This document shows, piece by piece, positions 52,350-61,577 of a stretch of 64,000 nucleotides of DNA. Source of the DNA: Candidatus Binataceae bacterium (lineage in GTDB: Bacteria > Desulfobacterota > Binatia > Binatales > Binataceae); contig DASZGF010000205.1 of NCBI GenBank assembly GCA_035939115.1, positions 10,561-74,560 of the forward strand, given 5' to 3'. The position numbers and the translations under genes were made by a program. A model generated the notes under the pieces. It searched no databases and was not told where the DNA came from. It saw only the letters and a list, made by a program, of their open reading frames with translations. How positions within the stretch are numbered: the first letter of the stretch is position 1; the number at the start of each line of letters is the position of its first letter.

Positions 52350-53003
52350 TTATCGCTTGTACAGGTCGGGGCATTCGTTGCGCAGGTGATCGATTTTGGG
52401 GAGGTCGTTCATCACGATGTAGGGATTGTCCGGATGTACTTCGAGGAAGTTCTGATGGTAATCCTCAGCGGGATAGAAGTGCTGGAAGGGAACCACTTGC
52501 GTGACGATCGGATTGGGAAAAGCCTTGCGGCGCTCCAGTTCGGCGATATATTTCTGCACCGCGCGCTTTTGCTCTTCATTGGTGTAAAAGATCGCCGAGC
52601 GGTATTGAGTCCCTTCATCCGGGCCCTGCCGATTGAGTTCGGTGGGGTCGTGCGCGACCAGAAAAAAAACCTTGAGCAGTTGGTCGTAGGATACCTTCGA
52701 CGGATCGTAGGTGACCTCCACAGATTCGGCGTAACCGGTCGTCCCGGTACTGACCATCTCGTAGGAAGGATTCGCCACGCTCCCGCCCGCATAGCCGGAG
52801 ACCACTCTGCCTACACCCTTTACGTGCTTGAAGACTCCGTCCACGCCCCAAAAGCAGCCGCCCGAAAAGACGGCGGTCTCCATTTTCGCTTGAGCGGGGG
52901 AGACCGGCGCATCCGCGCCGGTCGCGGCCGATACCGCCAGGCCGAATGCCGCCAGAAATACGAAGAGACGCAAAACCAGGGAGGAACCCTTTTGTGCCAC
53001 CAT
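52350..53003 (-). CDS. msrA: Peptide-methionine (S)-S-oxide reductase with a signal peptide
   Basis: GGCFWGVDGVF active-site motif and a hydrophobic N-terminus (LVLRLFVFLAAFGLAVSAA). Confidence 0.9.
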   Translation of the reverse strand: MVAQKGSSLVLRLFVFLAAFGLAVSAATGADAPVSPAQAKMETAVFSGGCFWGVDGVFKHVKGVGRVVSGYAGGSVANPSYEMVSTGTTGYAESVEVTYDPSKVSYDQLLKVFFLVAHDPTELNRQGPDEGTQYRSAIFYTNEEQKRAVQKYIAELERRKAFPNPIVTQVVPFQHFYPAEDYHQNFLEVHPDNPYIVMNDLPKIDHLRNECPDLYKR

Positions 53004-53169
53004 TTCAGCACCTCGTCTTTTTATTACAGCACGATGAGATGCTCCGACGAAGCGCGTCTACCGGGAAGCCGATTTCAGACTCCTTGACTACAAGGAGAGG
53101 CTTCAGAGAAAACTTGGACTCGCCTTGAGCACGGAGAATTCCTGTGATCGATAAAGAGCGCTCAGCCTG

Positions 53170-54496
53170 ATGCCCGCAAATCCGCTCAAGGCCGTCGCCG
53201 CGTTCTTCGATTTCGAGGGACATCGCACCAGTTTTCAGCGCGAAGCGGTGGCGGGGCTCACCACCTTCGTCACCATGTCCTACATCATCGCGGTCAATCC
53301 CGCGATTTCTCAAAGAGGCCGGAATCCCGCCGGGACCCTCGATGGTAGCCACAATCGTGGCCGCCGTCGTCGGCACATTGATCATGGGACTGTACGCGAA
53401 CCGGCCCTTCGCAATCGCCCCGTACATGGGCGAGAACGCCTTTATCGCGTTCACCGTCGTTAAAACGATGGGATTTTCGTGGCAGACCGCGCTGGCCGCC
53501 GTCTTCATCAGCGGAGTCCTGTTCGTGGCGCTGACGGTGGCGCGAATCCGCCAATGGCTGCTGGAGTCGGTGCCGCCCGGATTGCGCTACAGCTTTGCCG
53601 CCGGAATCGGGCTGTTCCTGGTTTTTATCGGCATGAACGAAGCGGGCATCGTCGCGCTGGGCGTGCCCGGCGCTCCGGTGCGGATTGGCGTGCTGACCTC
53701 GCCCACGGTGCTGATGGCGATCGGCTGTTTCCTGCTGATTTCAGTGCTGATGATGTGGCAAGTGCCGGGAGCGATCCTGCTGGGGATTCTGAGCGCGGCG
53801 GCGGCGTCCTTTATCCTGGGCCTGGCGCCGGCGCCCGCGCGATGGACCGGCGCGCCGCCGGACCTGCGCCCGCTGCTCTTTCAGATCGATCTGCGCGGGG
53901 CGCTCAGTTGGCCGTTTCTGGGCGTGCTGCTGACCATCTTCATGATGGCCTTTATCGACACTTTGGGCTCGTTGATTGGGCTGTCGGCGCGCGCGGGATT
54001 TCTCGACGCGGACGGGCGGTTGCCGCAAATCGAGCGACCGATGCTGGCTGACGCGATCGCGACCACGGTGGCCGGGCTTATCGGCACCACCACTTCCGGG
54101 GCGTTTATCGAATCGGCCACCGGGATCGCCGCCGGCGGACGCACCGGATTCACCGCTGTGGTCACCGCGGCCCTGTTTGCGGCGGCCTTGTTTTTCGCCC
54201 CGCTCATCACCGGGATTCCGCCGGCGGCGTACAGTCCCGCCCTGATCGTAGTCGGGCTCCAGATGCTGGCGCCGATTGCTCGGATCGATTTCGACGATTA
54301 CACGGAGATGATCCCGGCCTTCGCGGTGGTGGTGTTGATGAGCTTCACCTACAACATCGGGATAGGAATAACCGGTGGGTTCGTGCTTTGTCCGTTCTTC
54401 AAGCTGGTGACCGGCAGAGCGCGCGAGGTGAGCCCCGGATTGTGGGTTTTGAGCGCATTCTCGCTGCTGTTCTTTATCTTCTATCCCTACCGATGA
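53170..54496 (+). pseudogene. NCS2-family (AzgA-like purine) permease with one frameshift
   Basis: N-terminus REAVAGLTTFVTMSYIIAVNPAI is in ORF 53170..53463. The rest (LKEAGIPPGPSMVATIVAAVVGTLIMGLYANRPFAIAPYMGENAF...) is in ORF 53342..54496. An extra T in the run at 53306-53308 explains the shift. Confidence 0.8.
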
Positions 54497-54565
54497 GATT
54501 TGCCCTGGGCCTGTTGTAGAGCAGAAGGTTACGTCCGGCGGTTATCCATCTTTGGAGCGAGAAAT

Positions 54566-54592
54566 CGCCGGCACGGAGGCCGGCTGCTACGG
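54566..54592. repeat. REP element, forward orientation (F1)
   Basis: cgccggcacggaggccggctgctacgg. Contains the internal hairpin gccggc-acggag-gccggc. Confidence 0.85.
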
Positions 54593-54670
54593 AAGAAAGC
54601 TGCCCGGCTGCTTTGAAAGTGCAGAAGGTCTTTGCGAAAATGAGTTTCACGGAACGCGCAACGCCACTTT

Positions 54671-54697
54671 CCGTAGCAGCCGGCCTCCGTGCCGGCG
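54671..54697. repeat. REP element, reverse orientation (R1)
   Basis: ccgtagcagccggcctccgtgccggcg is the perfect reverse complement of F1. It ends 7 nt before the rayT ATG. Confidence 0.85.
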
Positions 54698-54704
54698 TTC
54701 TTCA

Positions 54705-55013
54705 ATGACTGCGGACGACAGTCAGCGGTACCGGCTAATCGGCTACGCCGTGATGAACGACCATGTGCATATGGTCGTAGAGCCGAGCATGGGTTACGAT
54801 CTGACTGCGATTGTGCAATCTTGGAAGTCCTATACGACTATTCGTGTGCTACGCAGTTTCGGAAGAAAGGGGCGGATTTGGCAGCGGGAGTATTTCGACC
54901 GCGTTATTCGGGACGACGAGGAACTCCGCAACCGGCTTGCTTACATCCTGGGCAATCCTGGCACGCGGTGGCCGGATATTGAGGACTACTCATGGGTGTG
55001 GGTGGAAGGGGAG
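54705..55013 (+). pseudogene. rayT: N-terminally deleted RAYT copy; the stop codon is lost and the ORF reads on to 55226
   Basis: MTADDSQRYRLIGYAVMNDHVHMVVEPS...SWKSYTT... lacks the approximately 49 residues TTLYRGRLPHW...LRNFEG present in the other two copies. Confidence 0.75.
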
Positions 55014-55022
55014 AGCGGAGAA

Positions 55023-55049
55023 CGCCGGCACGGAGGCCGGCTGCTACGG
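55023..55049. repeat. REP element, forward orientation (F2)
   Basis: Identical 27-mer. Confidence 0.85.
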
Positions 55050-55283
55050 CAGAAAGGGAGATCGGAGCGTTCAGGAAGTCTAAGCGTTAGTCGGCGCAAC
55101 TGCGAGGCCCGCGTCGGACCGACGATGCCCCAGCAGTGGCAAGCGGTTCTTCCACTACACCTTGCCGATTTATCTCGACGCTCCGGAGGCCGGTGCAACT
55201 GGAGAAAATCTGTCCTGGTGCTTTGAAAGTGTTCAAAGGCTTTGCGAAAATGAATCGCATGGAGCTAATGCGCAACGCCTCTT

Positions 55284-55310
55284 CCGTAGCAGCCGGCCTC
55301 CGTGCCGGCG
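55284..55310. repeat. REP element, reverse orientation (R2)
   Basis: Identical 27-mer in reverse complement. Confidence 0.85.
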
Positions 55311-55317
55311 TTCTTCA

Positions 55318-55770
55318 ATGACTGTGGACGACACAACATTATATCGAGGCAGGCTTCCGCATTGGCGCGTTTCCGGCGCTATATACTTCGTCACCTGGCG
55401 CGTGGCCAAGGGACAGTCCGAGCTCTCGCCGGATGAAAGGGACATCGTGGTCGCGACGCTGCGCAACTTTGAGGGTCAGCGGTACCGGCTAATCGGCTAC
55501 GTCGTGATGAACGACCATCTGCATGTGGTCGTAGAGCCGAGCACGGGTTACGATCTGACTGCGATCGTGCAATCGTGGAAATCCTATACGACTAATCGCA
55601 TGCAACGCAGTTGCGGAAGAAAGGGTCGAGTTTGGCAGCGGGAGTATTTCGACCGCGTTATTCGGGACGACGACGAGCTGAACAACCGGCTTGCGTACAT
55701 CTTGAGAAATCCGAGCGAGCGGTGGCCGGACATTCAGGAATATTCCTGGGCGTGGGTTGATGGAGTCTAG
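55318..55770 (+). CDS. rayT: REP-associated tyrosine transposase (IS200/IS605 Y1 transposase-like)
   Basis: RLPHWRVSGAIYFVTWRV, HUH motif NDHLHVVVE, catalytic Tyr region QSWKSYTTNRM. Flanked by inverted REPs at 55284-55310 and 55790-55816. Confidence 0.85.
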   Translation: MTVDDTTLYRGRLPHWRVSGAIYFVTWRVAKGQSELSPDERDIVVATLRNFEGQRYRLIGYVVMNDHLHVVVEPSTGYDLTAIVQSWKSYTTNRMQRSCGRKGRVWQREYFDRVIRDDDELNNRLAYILRNPSERWPDIQEYSWAWVDGV

Positions 55771-55789
55771 TTGGTCTTTTTGCGGAGAA

Positions 55790-55816
55790 CGCCGGCACGG
55801 AGGCCGGCTGCTACGG
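55790..55816. repeat. REP element, forward orientation (F3)
   Basis: Identical 27-mer. Confidence 0.85.
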
Positions 55817-56055
55817 CAGAAAGGGAGAAAAGATCGGAGCGTTCAGGAAGTCCTATGCGTTAGTCGGCGCAACTGCGAGGCCCGCGTCGGACCGACGATG
55901 CCCCAGCAGTGGCAGGCGGTTCTTCCACTACACCTTGCCGATCTATCTCGACGCCGGAGGCCGGTGCAACTGGAGAAAATCTGTCCTGGTGCTTTGAAAA
56001 GTGTTCAAAGGCTTTGCGAAAATGAATCGCATGGAGCTAATGCGCAACGTCTCTT

Positions 56056-56082
56056 CCGTAGCAGCCGGCCTCCGTGCCGGCG
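56056..56082. repeat. REP element, reverse orientation (R3)
   Basis: Identical 27-mer in reverse complement. Confidence 0.85.
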
Positions 56083-56089
56083 TTCTTCA

Positions 56090-56545
56090 ATGACTGCAGA
56101 TGACACAACGTTGTATCGAGGCAGGCTTCCGCATTGGCGAGTTTCCGGCGCTATATACTTCGTCACCTGGCGCCTGGCCAAGGGACAGTCCGAGCTCTCG
56201 CCGGAGGAAAGGGATCTCGTAGTCGCGACGCTGCGCAACTTTGACGCTCAGCGGTACCGGCTTACCGGCTACGTCGTGATGAACGACCATCTGCATGTGG
56301 TCGTAGAGCCGAGCACGGGTCACAACCTGACTGCGATCGTGCAATCTTGGAAGTCCTATACGACCAATCGCATGCAACGCAGTTGCGGAAGAACGGGTCG
56401 GATTTGGCAGCGGGAGTATTTCGACCGCGTTATTCGGGACGACGAGGAACTCCGCAACCGGCTTGCTTACATCCTGGGCAATCCTGGCACGCGGTGGCAG
56501 GAGATTGAGGACTACTCATGGGCGTGGGTGGAAGGGGTTTTTTGA
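56090..56545 (+). CDS. rayT: REP-associated tyrosine transposase (third copy)
   Basis: Same motifs as the 55318 copy with scattered substitutions. Flanked by REPs at 56056-56082 and 56556-56582. Confidence 0.85.
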   Translation: MTADDTTLYRGRLPHWRVSGAIYFVTWRLAKGQSELSPEERDLVVATLRNFDAQRYRLTGYVVMNDHLHVVVEPSTGHNLTAIVQSWKSYTTNRMQRSCGRTGRIWQREYFDRVIRDDEELRNRLAYILGNPGTRWQEIEDYSWAWVEGVF

Positions 56546-56555
56546 GAGCGGGGAA

Positions 56556-56582
56556 CGCCGGCACGGAGGCCGGCTGCCACGG
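56556..56582. repeat. REP element, forward orientation (F4; one mismatch)
   Basis: cgccggcacggaggccggctgccacgg. Confidence 0.8.
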
Positions 56583-56617
56583 GGAGAAAGGCAGAAAGAT
56601 CGGAGCGTTAACGGAGC

Positions 56618-57223
56618 CTATGCCTTGCGCGGCGCAACTGCGAGGCCCGCGTCGGACAGGCGCTGCTCGAGCAGCGGCAGGCGGTCGTGACCCCAGAATG
56701 GTTCGCCCTCGTGGAAGAATAGCGGGACGCCGAAAACGTGATCATTGGCGGCTTCCTGCTGGGCTGCCGCCCACGATTCGAGTCCGGCTCCGGAGAGGTA
56801 GTTGCGATACTCCGCGGCGTCCAGACCCAGATTCGCGATCACGTTCGCAACGGCGTTGGGCTGGTCGATTTCCAGTTCGCGCCGGAAGAAAAGCTCGTAC
56901 ACTTTGCGGCTGTACTCCGGCAGCCGTCCGTTCTTTTCGGCAAACAGTCCGCCGATTAGGGCGGGCGTCGAGTCGTAAACCTTGAGCGGACCGCGGATTA
57001 CGAACCCGCGCGACCTGGCCCATCGGCGGGCGTCCAGATAGGAGTATTTAGCCTTGTATTCGGAATAGAGACTGCGCTCGCCCTTGCCCTTGATTCGGAG
57101 CTGGAATGGAATCCAGCGCACTCGCACCCTGTAGCGCTGTTCAAGCGCGAACGCCGGATCGAAAGCCAGGTAGGCGAAGGGACTCTTGTAGTCGGAGTAC
57201 ATTTTAATTTCCGGCGGTTCCAC
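56618..57223 (-). CDS. DsbA-like thioredoxin-fold protein (2-hydroxychromene-2-carboxylate isomerase family)
   Basis: IKMYSDYKSPFAYLAF...HVFGVPLFFHEGEPFWGHDRLPLLE. Confidence 0.75.
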   Translation of the reverse strand: MEPPEIKMYSDYKSPFAYLAFDPAFALEQRYRVRVRWIPFQLRIKGKGERSLYSEYKAKYSYLDARRWARSRGFVIRGPLKVYDSTPALIGGLFAEKNGRLPEYSRKVYELFFRRELEIDQPNAVANVIANLGLDAAEYRNYLSGAGLESWAAAQQEAANDHVFGVPLFFHEGEPFWGHDRLPLLEQRLSDAGLAVAPRKA

Positions 57224-57256
57224 AACTACTCCGGGCGGTGGGTCTTGAAGTGTATC

Positions 57257-57294
57257 AACCCTAACCCTCTCCCACGACTGAATGTGGGAGAGGG
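57257..57294. repeat. Copy of the ccctaaccctctccc palindromic repeat family
   Basis: caaccctaaccctctcccac gactgaat gtgggagagggg (11-nt perfect stem). Confidence 0.65.
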
Positions 57295-57351
57295 GACAGA
57301 ATGGTGATACGGGCCGAGGCGCGCATTTTCATGAGCGACGGCGATTTTACC

Positions 57352-59010
57352 TCAGTTCATTCGCTGCGAGCGGATTACCTGGCCGGGCAGCGCGCCTGTA
57401 GCTTTGCCGTCCACGTAGATCACTTCGCCGTTTACCACGGTGTAGTTGATGCCCTGCGCCGTCATCACGAAACGGGCGCCGCCGCCGGGTAGGTCGCGAA
57501 TCTGATGCTGGCGCATCTTGGTATCAATCGTGTCGTAGTCGAAGATTACCACGTCGGCCGCCATCCCGGGCTTAAGCCGTCCGCGTCCGACGACGCCGAA
57601 GATATCGGCGGGATGCGACGTTATCAGCTCGACGGCGCGCTCGAGCGAAAAGAGCTGCTTCTTGCGCACCCAATGGCCGATCATGTAGGTCGGATAGCCG
57701 GCTTCGCAATGCGCGTCGACGTGCGCGCCGCCGTCGGACAGGCCGATCATCGTGCGCGGGTCGGACAGCAACAGGTCCATCCCGTCCTCGCTCATCGGCA
57801 TATCGGTGAAGCGGGTTTGGATACCGTCGGCGACCGCAAGGTCGAGGAAGGCGTCGACCAGGTCCACGCCGCGCTCCTGCGCGATCTGGGTAAGCGATTT
57901 GCCCTCGTAGGATTTCAGGTCCGGTCTTTGGACCTCTTCCACACGCAACCGCTTGAGATCGGGGCGGGCGACCTTCAGGCTCAGATTGCGGCGGAATTCC
58001 TCGTGAAACGCAGGGTCGGCGTAGGCCTGCTTCATCACCTCGAGCGGCTTGTTGAGCACGCGGCCGAACGCCGGCAGCGCGGCGAAGCTGCCCGGTGTGC
58101 TCAGGTTGACGTTGCGAACCACCGGCACCGCCGACACCTGCGGAATACCGCCCCTCTTGACCAGCGGCTCGACCTTGGCGAGCACCTCCTTGTGGTTGTG
58201 AACAAAGACCGCCAGCCACGTCACGGGGCGGCCGCTGGCGGTCAGCAGCGCGTCGAGCATCTTGTAGTCGTCGTCGCTGAAATTGCCTGTGACATTGAGG
58301 TTGAACTCGATAATGCCGCGGCCCAGTTCCTTGAGCACGCCGGCGTACGCCACCAACTCATCCATGCTGGCCAGGCGCGAGGCCAACGGACGCCCCTGGT
58401 AGCCGACGTGATTGGCCGCCTTGCTGGTGGACCATCCCATCGCGCCCGCCGCCACGGCTTCGTAGATCAGTTGCTTGATCTGCTTGATCTCTTCGGGACG
58501 CGCCGCGCGGTCCATCGATTCCTCGCCCATCACGTAATGGCGAAAGGGCGTGAGCGGCGCCAGAAAGCCTACATTGATCCCCAGTTTCTGTCGCGCGGCG
58601 GCTTCGATGTATTGCGGAAAAGTCTCCCACTTCCAGGTAATGCCCCGCTGGAGCACGTCGAACGGGATGCCTTCAACGTTGACCAGGTCCCACGCGGCGA
58701 CCTCGCGCATCTCGGGCTTGCACGGCGCAATCCCCACGCCGCAGTTGCCCATCACGGTGGTCGTCACTCCATGCCACGAGGAACAGGTCACCAGGTCGTC
58801 CCACCAGATCTGGGCGTCGTAATGCGTGTGCGGATCGATAAAGCCGGGAGCGACAATCAAGCCGTCGGCGTCGATCACCTTGGCGGCGCCGTCTTTGATT
58901 TTGCCGACTTCGGCGATTTTGCCATTGGCTATTGCCACGTCCGCCTGGACGCGCGGGGCGCCGGTGCCGTCAACGACGGTCCCGTTTTTGATCAACAGAT
59001 CATAGGCCAT
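57352..59010 (-). CDS. N-acyl-D-amino-acid deacylase (D-aminoacylase) family amidohydrolase
   Basis: YDLLIKNGTVVDGTGAP...ADVAIANGKIAEVG...VAPGFIDPHTHYD. Confidence 0.8.
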   Translation of the reverse strand: MAYDLLIKNGTVVDGTGAPRVQADVAIANGKIAEVGKIKDGAAKVIDADGLIVAPGFIDPHTHYDAQIWWDDLVTCSSWHGVTTTVMGNCGVGIAPCKPEMREVAAWDLVNVEGIPFDVLQRGITWKWETFPQYIEAAARQKLGINVGFLAPLTPFRHYVMGEESMDRAARPEEIKQIKQLIYEAVAAGAMGWSTSKAANHVGYQGRPLASRLASMDELVAYAGVLKELGRGIIEFNLNVTGNFSDDDYKMLDALLTASGRPVTWLAVFVHNHKEVLAKVEPLVKRGGIPQVSAVPVVRNVNLSTPGSFAALPAFGRVLNKPLEVMKQAYADPAFHEEFRRNLSLKVARPDLKRLRVEEVQRPDLKSYEGKSLTQIAQERGVDLVDAFLDLAVADGIQTRFTDMPMSEDGMDLLLSDPRTMIGLSDGGAHVDAHCEAGYPTYMIGHWVRKKQLFSLERAVELITSHPADIFGVVGRGRLKPGMAADVVIFDYDTIDTKMRQHQIRDLPGGGARFVMTAQGINYTVVNGEVIYVDGKATGALPGQVIRSQRMN

Positions 59011-59028
59011 GGATGTTGTCCTCCAGCG

Positions 59029-61371
59029 TCAGTCCAGACGCACGTCCCACACCGGCGGTTCGTCGGCGCGGACCAGTTCGTTTTCCAGCAGCACCCCGCA
59101 ATTGGGGCACAGAAATTCGCGATATACAATTGACACATCGAACTCGCCTGCCGGGTCGGGAAACAGCTCCGCGTCGATTTCCATCAGCGAGCCGTCGATG
59201 CACGCCGCGCCCAGCTTGTAATTGCCATCGCCGGCGCAGATGAAATGGCCGCAATCCTTGCACATGATATAGCGCTCCGGCCCGATCGCCACCAGTTCGA
59301 GCTCCTCACCGACGTCGTGTAGATGGGTCAGCGGAGTGCCGTTGGGGCTGGGTTGCGGCGCGAGCGCCAGCGGCGGCGGAGACGCGCGCCCAATCCGTTC
59401 GGCGCGTATGTCTTTGCGGCGTCGATCCGTGGCGGGCGCATCCTCCGCGCCGTCCTTGACAATCGCGCCATAAATCCGCGCCGCGACTTCGGTGCTGATC
59501 ACCTTGGATACCACGTCCTTTACGACCAGCGCAGGATCGCGCCGGATCGGATCGCCATAGCCGCCGCCCGACGACACCGACTGCACCATCACATCGCTTT
59601 GCAGCATCCGGATGTTCGCGGTCTTGGGCGGCACCGCTTCCAGGTTCCACAGCTCGTTGACTTCGCGGCTGTTGGCGGGAAGGCTGCCCTGTTTGAATTG
59701 CTCGCGAATGTCGGTGCCCGACTGATAATGGCACAGCCCCGACTGGCCCCAGTGCCCGCCCCACAGTCCATGACATCCGGGCAGGCTCACCGGCGCCGAC
59801 ACGTTGCTGAATACCTGCTGCTCGGTGCCCTGCCCGACCCATCCCATCACCAGTCCCGCGCCGCCCCGGTACTTGCCGTGGCCGAAGCCGGGAAAGCTGC
59901 GCCGGTACAGGTACATGATCGGATAGGCCTGCTCCCACGCCTCGCAATCGCCGCTTTCGGCGCTGGGCATGATATGCGCGGAACCCTGGTCGAGCCCGTC
60001 CTTGAAGGAAAACGCCGCCATCCCGTGCGCGATTACGTCCAGCGTGATGCTGGCGTAAGGCTTACCCCACTGGTCGATGCCCGACATTCCGGCAAATGTC
60101 GTTCCGACGCTGCCGGCCATCGCCATCTTTCGCAGCTCGGAGTCGCCGACCATCATCTTGGAGGCGACCTTGGAGGCCTGGAAGATGGTCATCATGATCG
60201 CCTGCAGATTGGAGACCGCGCCGTTGCGGTCGATACAGGTGATCGTGCCCGGGACGCCTTCGAATTTCATATGCTTCAGCACGCCGGCGAAACAAAACCG
60301 ATGGTCCCACGCCAGCATCGAGCACAGCGAGGCCAGGATCGCCGCGCGCCACGCCCCATACGAGCAGTTGGAAGATCCTACTTGCGGATCGGTACCATCG
60401 TTAAAAAACGTAAGCTGGTCGCCCTGCTTCTTCATCCCGAGCCGCACGCGATAGGCGCCGCGGTCGCCGGTGTACATCCCGCCCAGATAGGACACATCGG
60501 TCCAGGTGCCGTCGGGCAGACGGCTTAGCCGCTCGCCCACGGCGCGGCTGGTATCGCGGACTATTTTGCGCATCGCGGCCTTGACCGTCGCCGCGCCGTA
60601 GCGCCGCACCAGATCAAGAATGCGCACGCGCGAGGCGTGGATCCCCGCCATCTGCGAGCGCAGGTCCAGGGCCAGCAGACCGGGCAGCCTCGAGTGGCGC
60701 ATCAGGGCCGCCTCGATATCGGGGCGGATGCGCCCGCGCTCGATGATCTTGAGCGGGGGAATCGGAGTGGCCTCGCTGTAGATGTCGCGGGCGTCAACGC
60801 AGAAACTTCCCGGCGCAACTCCGCCGATATCGCGCACGTGGATCGAATTGAAGATCCAGCAGAACAGCTCGTCGCCGACGAACACCGGCGCAAAAGCCTG
60901 GAAGTCCATCTGATGGCTGACCCCGATCAGCGGGTCGTTCTGGACAAACAGGTCGCCGTCGTGGATGCCGGGGAACTCGCCCAGATTCTCGATCGTCCAC
61001 CGCACGACCAGATCCGCCATCCCGGGGAAATACTGAAGGTAAGGGGCAAAGACCACGCCGTCCCCCACTTCATCCTGGATCGACGTATTGAAGTCGAACG
61101 CGAATGTGGTCACCGGCGAGGAGGAAACCTTGCGGATGGTGTCGGCTTGCTCCTGGTTGACGATCCACAGCGCGTTGCGGATGACCTCGAAGGTGACGGG
61201 ATGAATCGACTCCGCCTCCTCGGTGTGCAGCTTCAGGTTGGGGGCCAGGCGCAGCTTGGGACCGGGGATATAGCTGCGCATCCGCCCGTCCCATTCATCG
61301 GCCCGGGGACGCTCGCTATGCGTGGTCCGTCGTTCAGTTTCGAATTCCATTTCCCGCGGCTGTCCGGCCAT
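59029..61371 (-). CDS. Hydantoinase B/oxoprolinase (acetone-carboxylase-alpha-like) protein with a C-terminal Zn-ribbon resembling the acetone carboxylase gamma subunit
   Basis: 780 aa. The HyuB-like core includes ...GGGYGDP.... The C-terminus has CKDCGHFIC...YREFLCPNCGVLLENE. Confidence 0.65.
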   Translation of the reverse strand: MAGQPREMEFETERRTTHSERPRADEWDGRMRSYIPGPKLRLAPNLKLHTEEAESIHPVTFEVIRNALWIVNQEQADTIRKVSSSPVTTFAFDFNTSIQDEVGDGVVFAPYLQYFPGMADLVVRWTIENLGEFPGIHDGDLFVQNDPLIGVSHQMDFQAFAPVFVGDELFCWIFNSIHVRDIGGVAPGSFCVDARDIYSEATPIPPLKIIERGRIRPDIEAALMRHSRLPGLLALDLRSQMAGIHASRVRILDLVRRYGAATVKAAMRKIVRDTSRAVGERLSRLPDGTWTDVSYLGGMYTGDRGAYRVRLGMKKQGDQLTFFNDGTDPQVGSSNCSYGAWRAAILASLCSMLAWDHRFCFAGVLKHMKFEGVPGTITCIDRNGAVSNLQAIMMTIFQASKVASKMMVGDSELRKMAMAGSVGTTFAGMSGIDQWGKPYASITLDVIAHGMAAFSFKDGLDQGSAHIMPSAESGDCEAWEQAYPIMYLYRRSFPGFGHGKYRGGAGLVMGWVGQGTEQQVFSNVSAPVSLPGCHGLWGGHWGQSGLCHYQSGTDIREQFKQGSLPANSREVNELWNLEAVPPKTANIRMLQSDVMVQSVSSGGGYGDPIRRDPALVVKDVVSKVISTEVAARIYGAIVKDGAEDAPATDRRRKDIRAERIGRASPPPLALAPQPSPNGTPLTHLHDVGEELELVAIGPERYIMCKDCGHFICAGDGNYKLGAACIDGSLMEIDAELFPDPAGEFDVSIVYREFLCPNCGVLLENELVRADEPPVWDVRLD

Positions 61372-61442
61372 AAGATGCCTTGCCTCTACATTAGCTTGTA
61401 CAACCGTTCCTTGTTTGCGGCAATCACCATTTCAGGCGACCG

Positions 61443-61531
61443 AGAAAAGAGAAACGAGAAATGAGAAAAGAGAGGCAGGTCCGGGCGGTTTGCCAGCCCT
61501 CTTTTTTCTATTTTCTCGTTTCTCTTTTCTT
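61443..61531. repeat. Purine-rich / pyrimidine-rich long inverted repeat in a divergent intergenic region
   Basis: gagaaaagagaaacgagaaatgagaaaagagagg ...21 nt... ccctcttttttctattttctcgtttctcttttc. Arms are about 33 nt with a few mismatches or indels. Confidence 0.7.
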
Positions 61532-61577
61532 CCGAATTGGTTACGCTAGCCGTCCTGATGAGAAGGAGGGCCACACC

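Larger units (their letters stand above)
54566..56582. mobile_element. Tandem array of three RAYT (REP-associated tyrosine transposase) units bounded by REP palindromes
   Basis: The unit period is 767 and 766 bp (REP at 55023, 55790, 56556). The first unit is shortened (54566 to 55023). Each unit has a forward REP, a spacer, a reverse REP, then a rayT gene. Confidence 0.85.

Noticed and set aside
54566-56582. Regularly spaced identical 27-mers that could suggest a CRISPR array
   Set aside because: The spacing is about 767 bp, the repeats alternate in orientation, and the intervening sequence encodes homologous RAYT genes. No short unique spacers and no cas genes are present.
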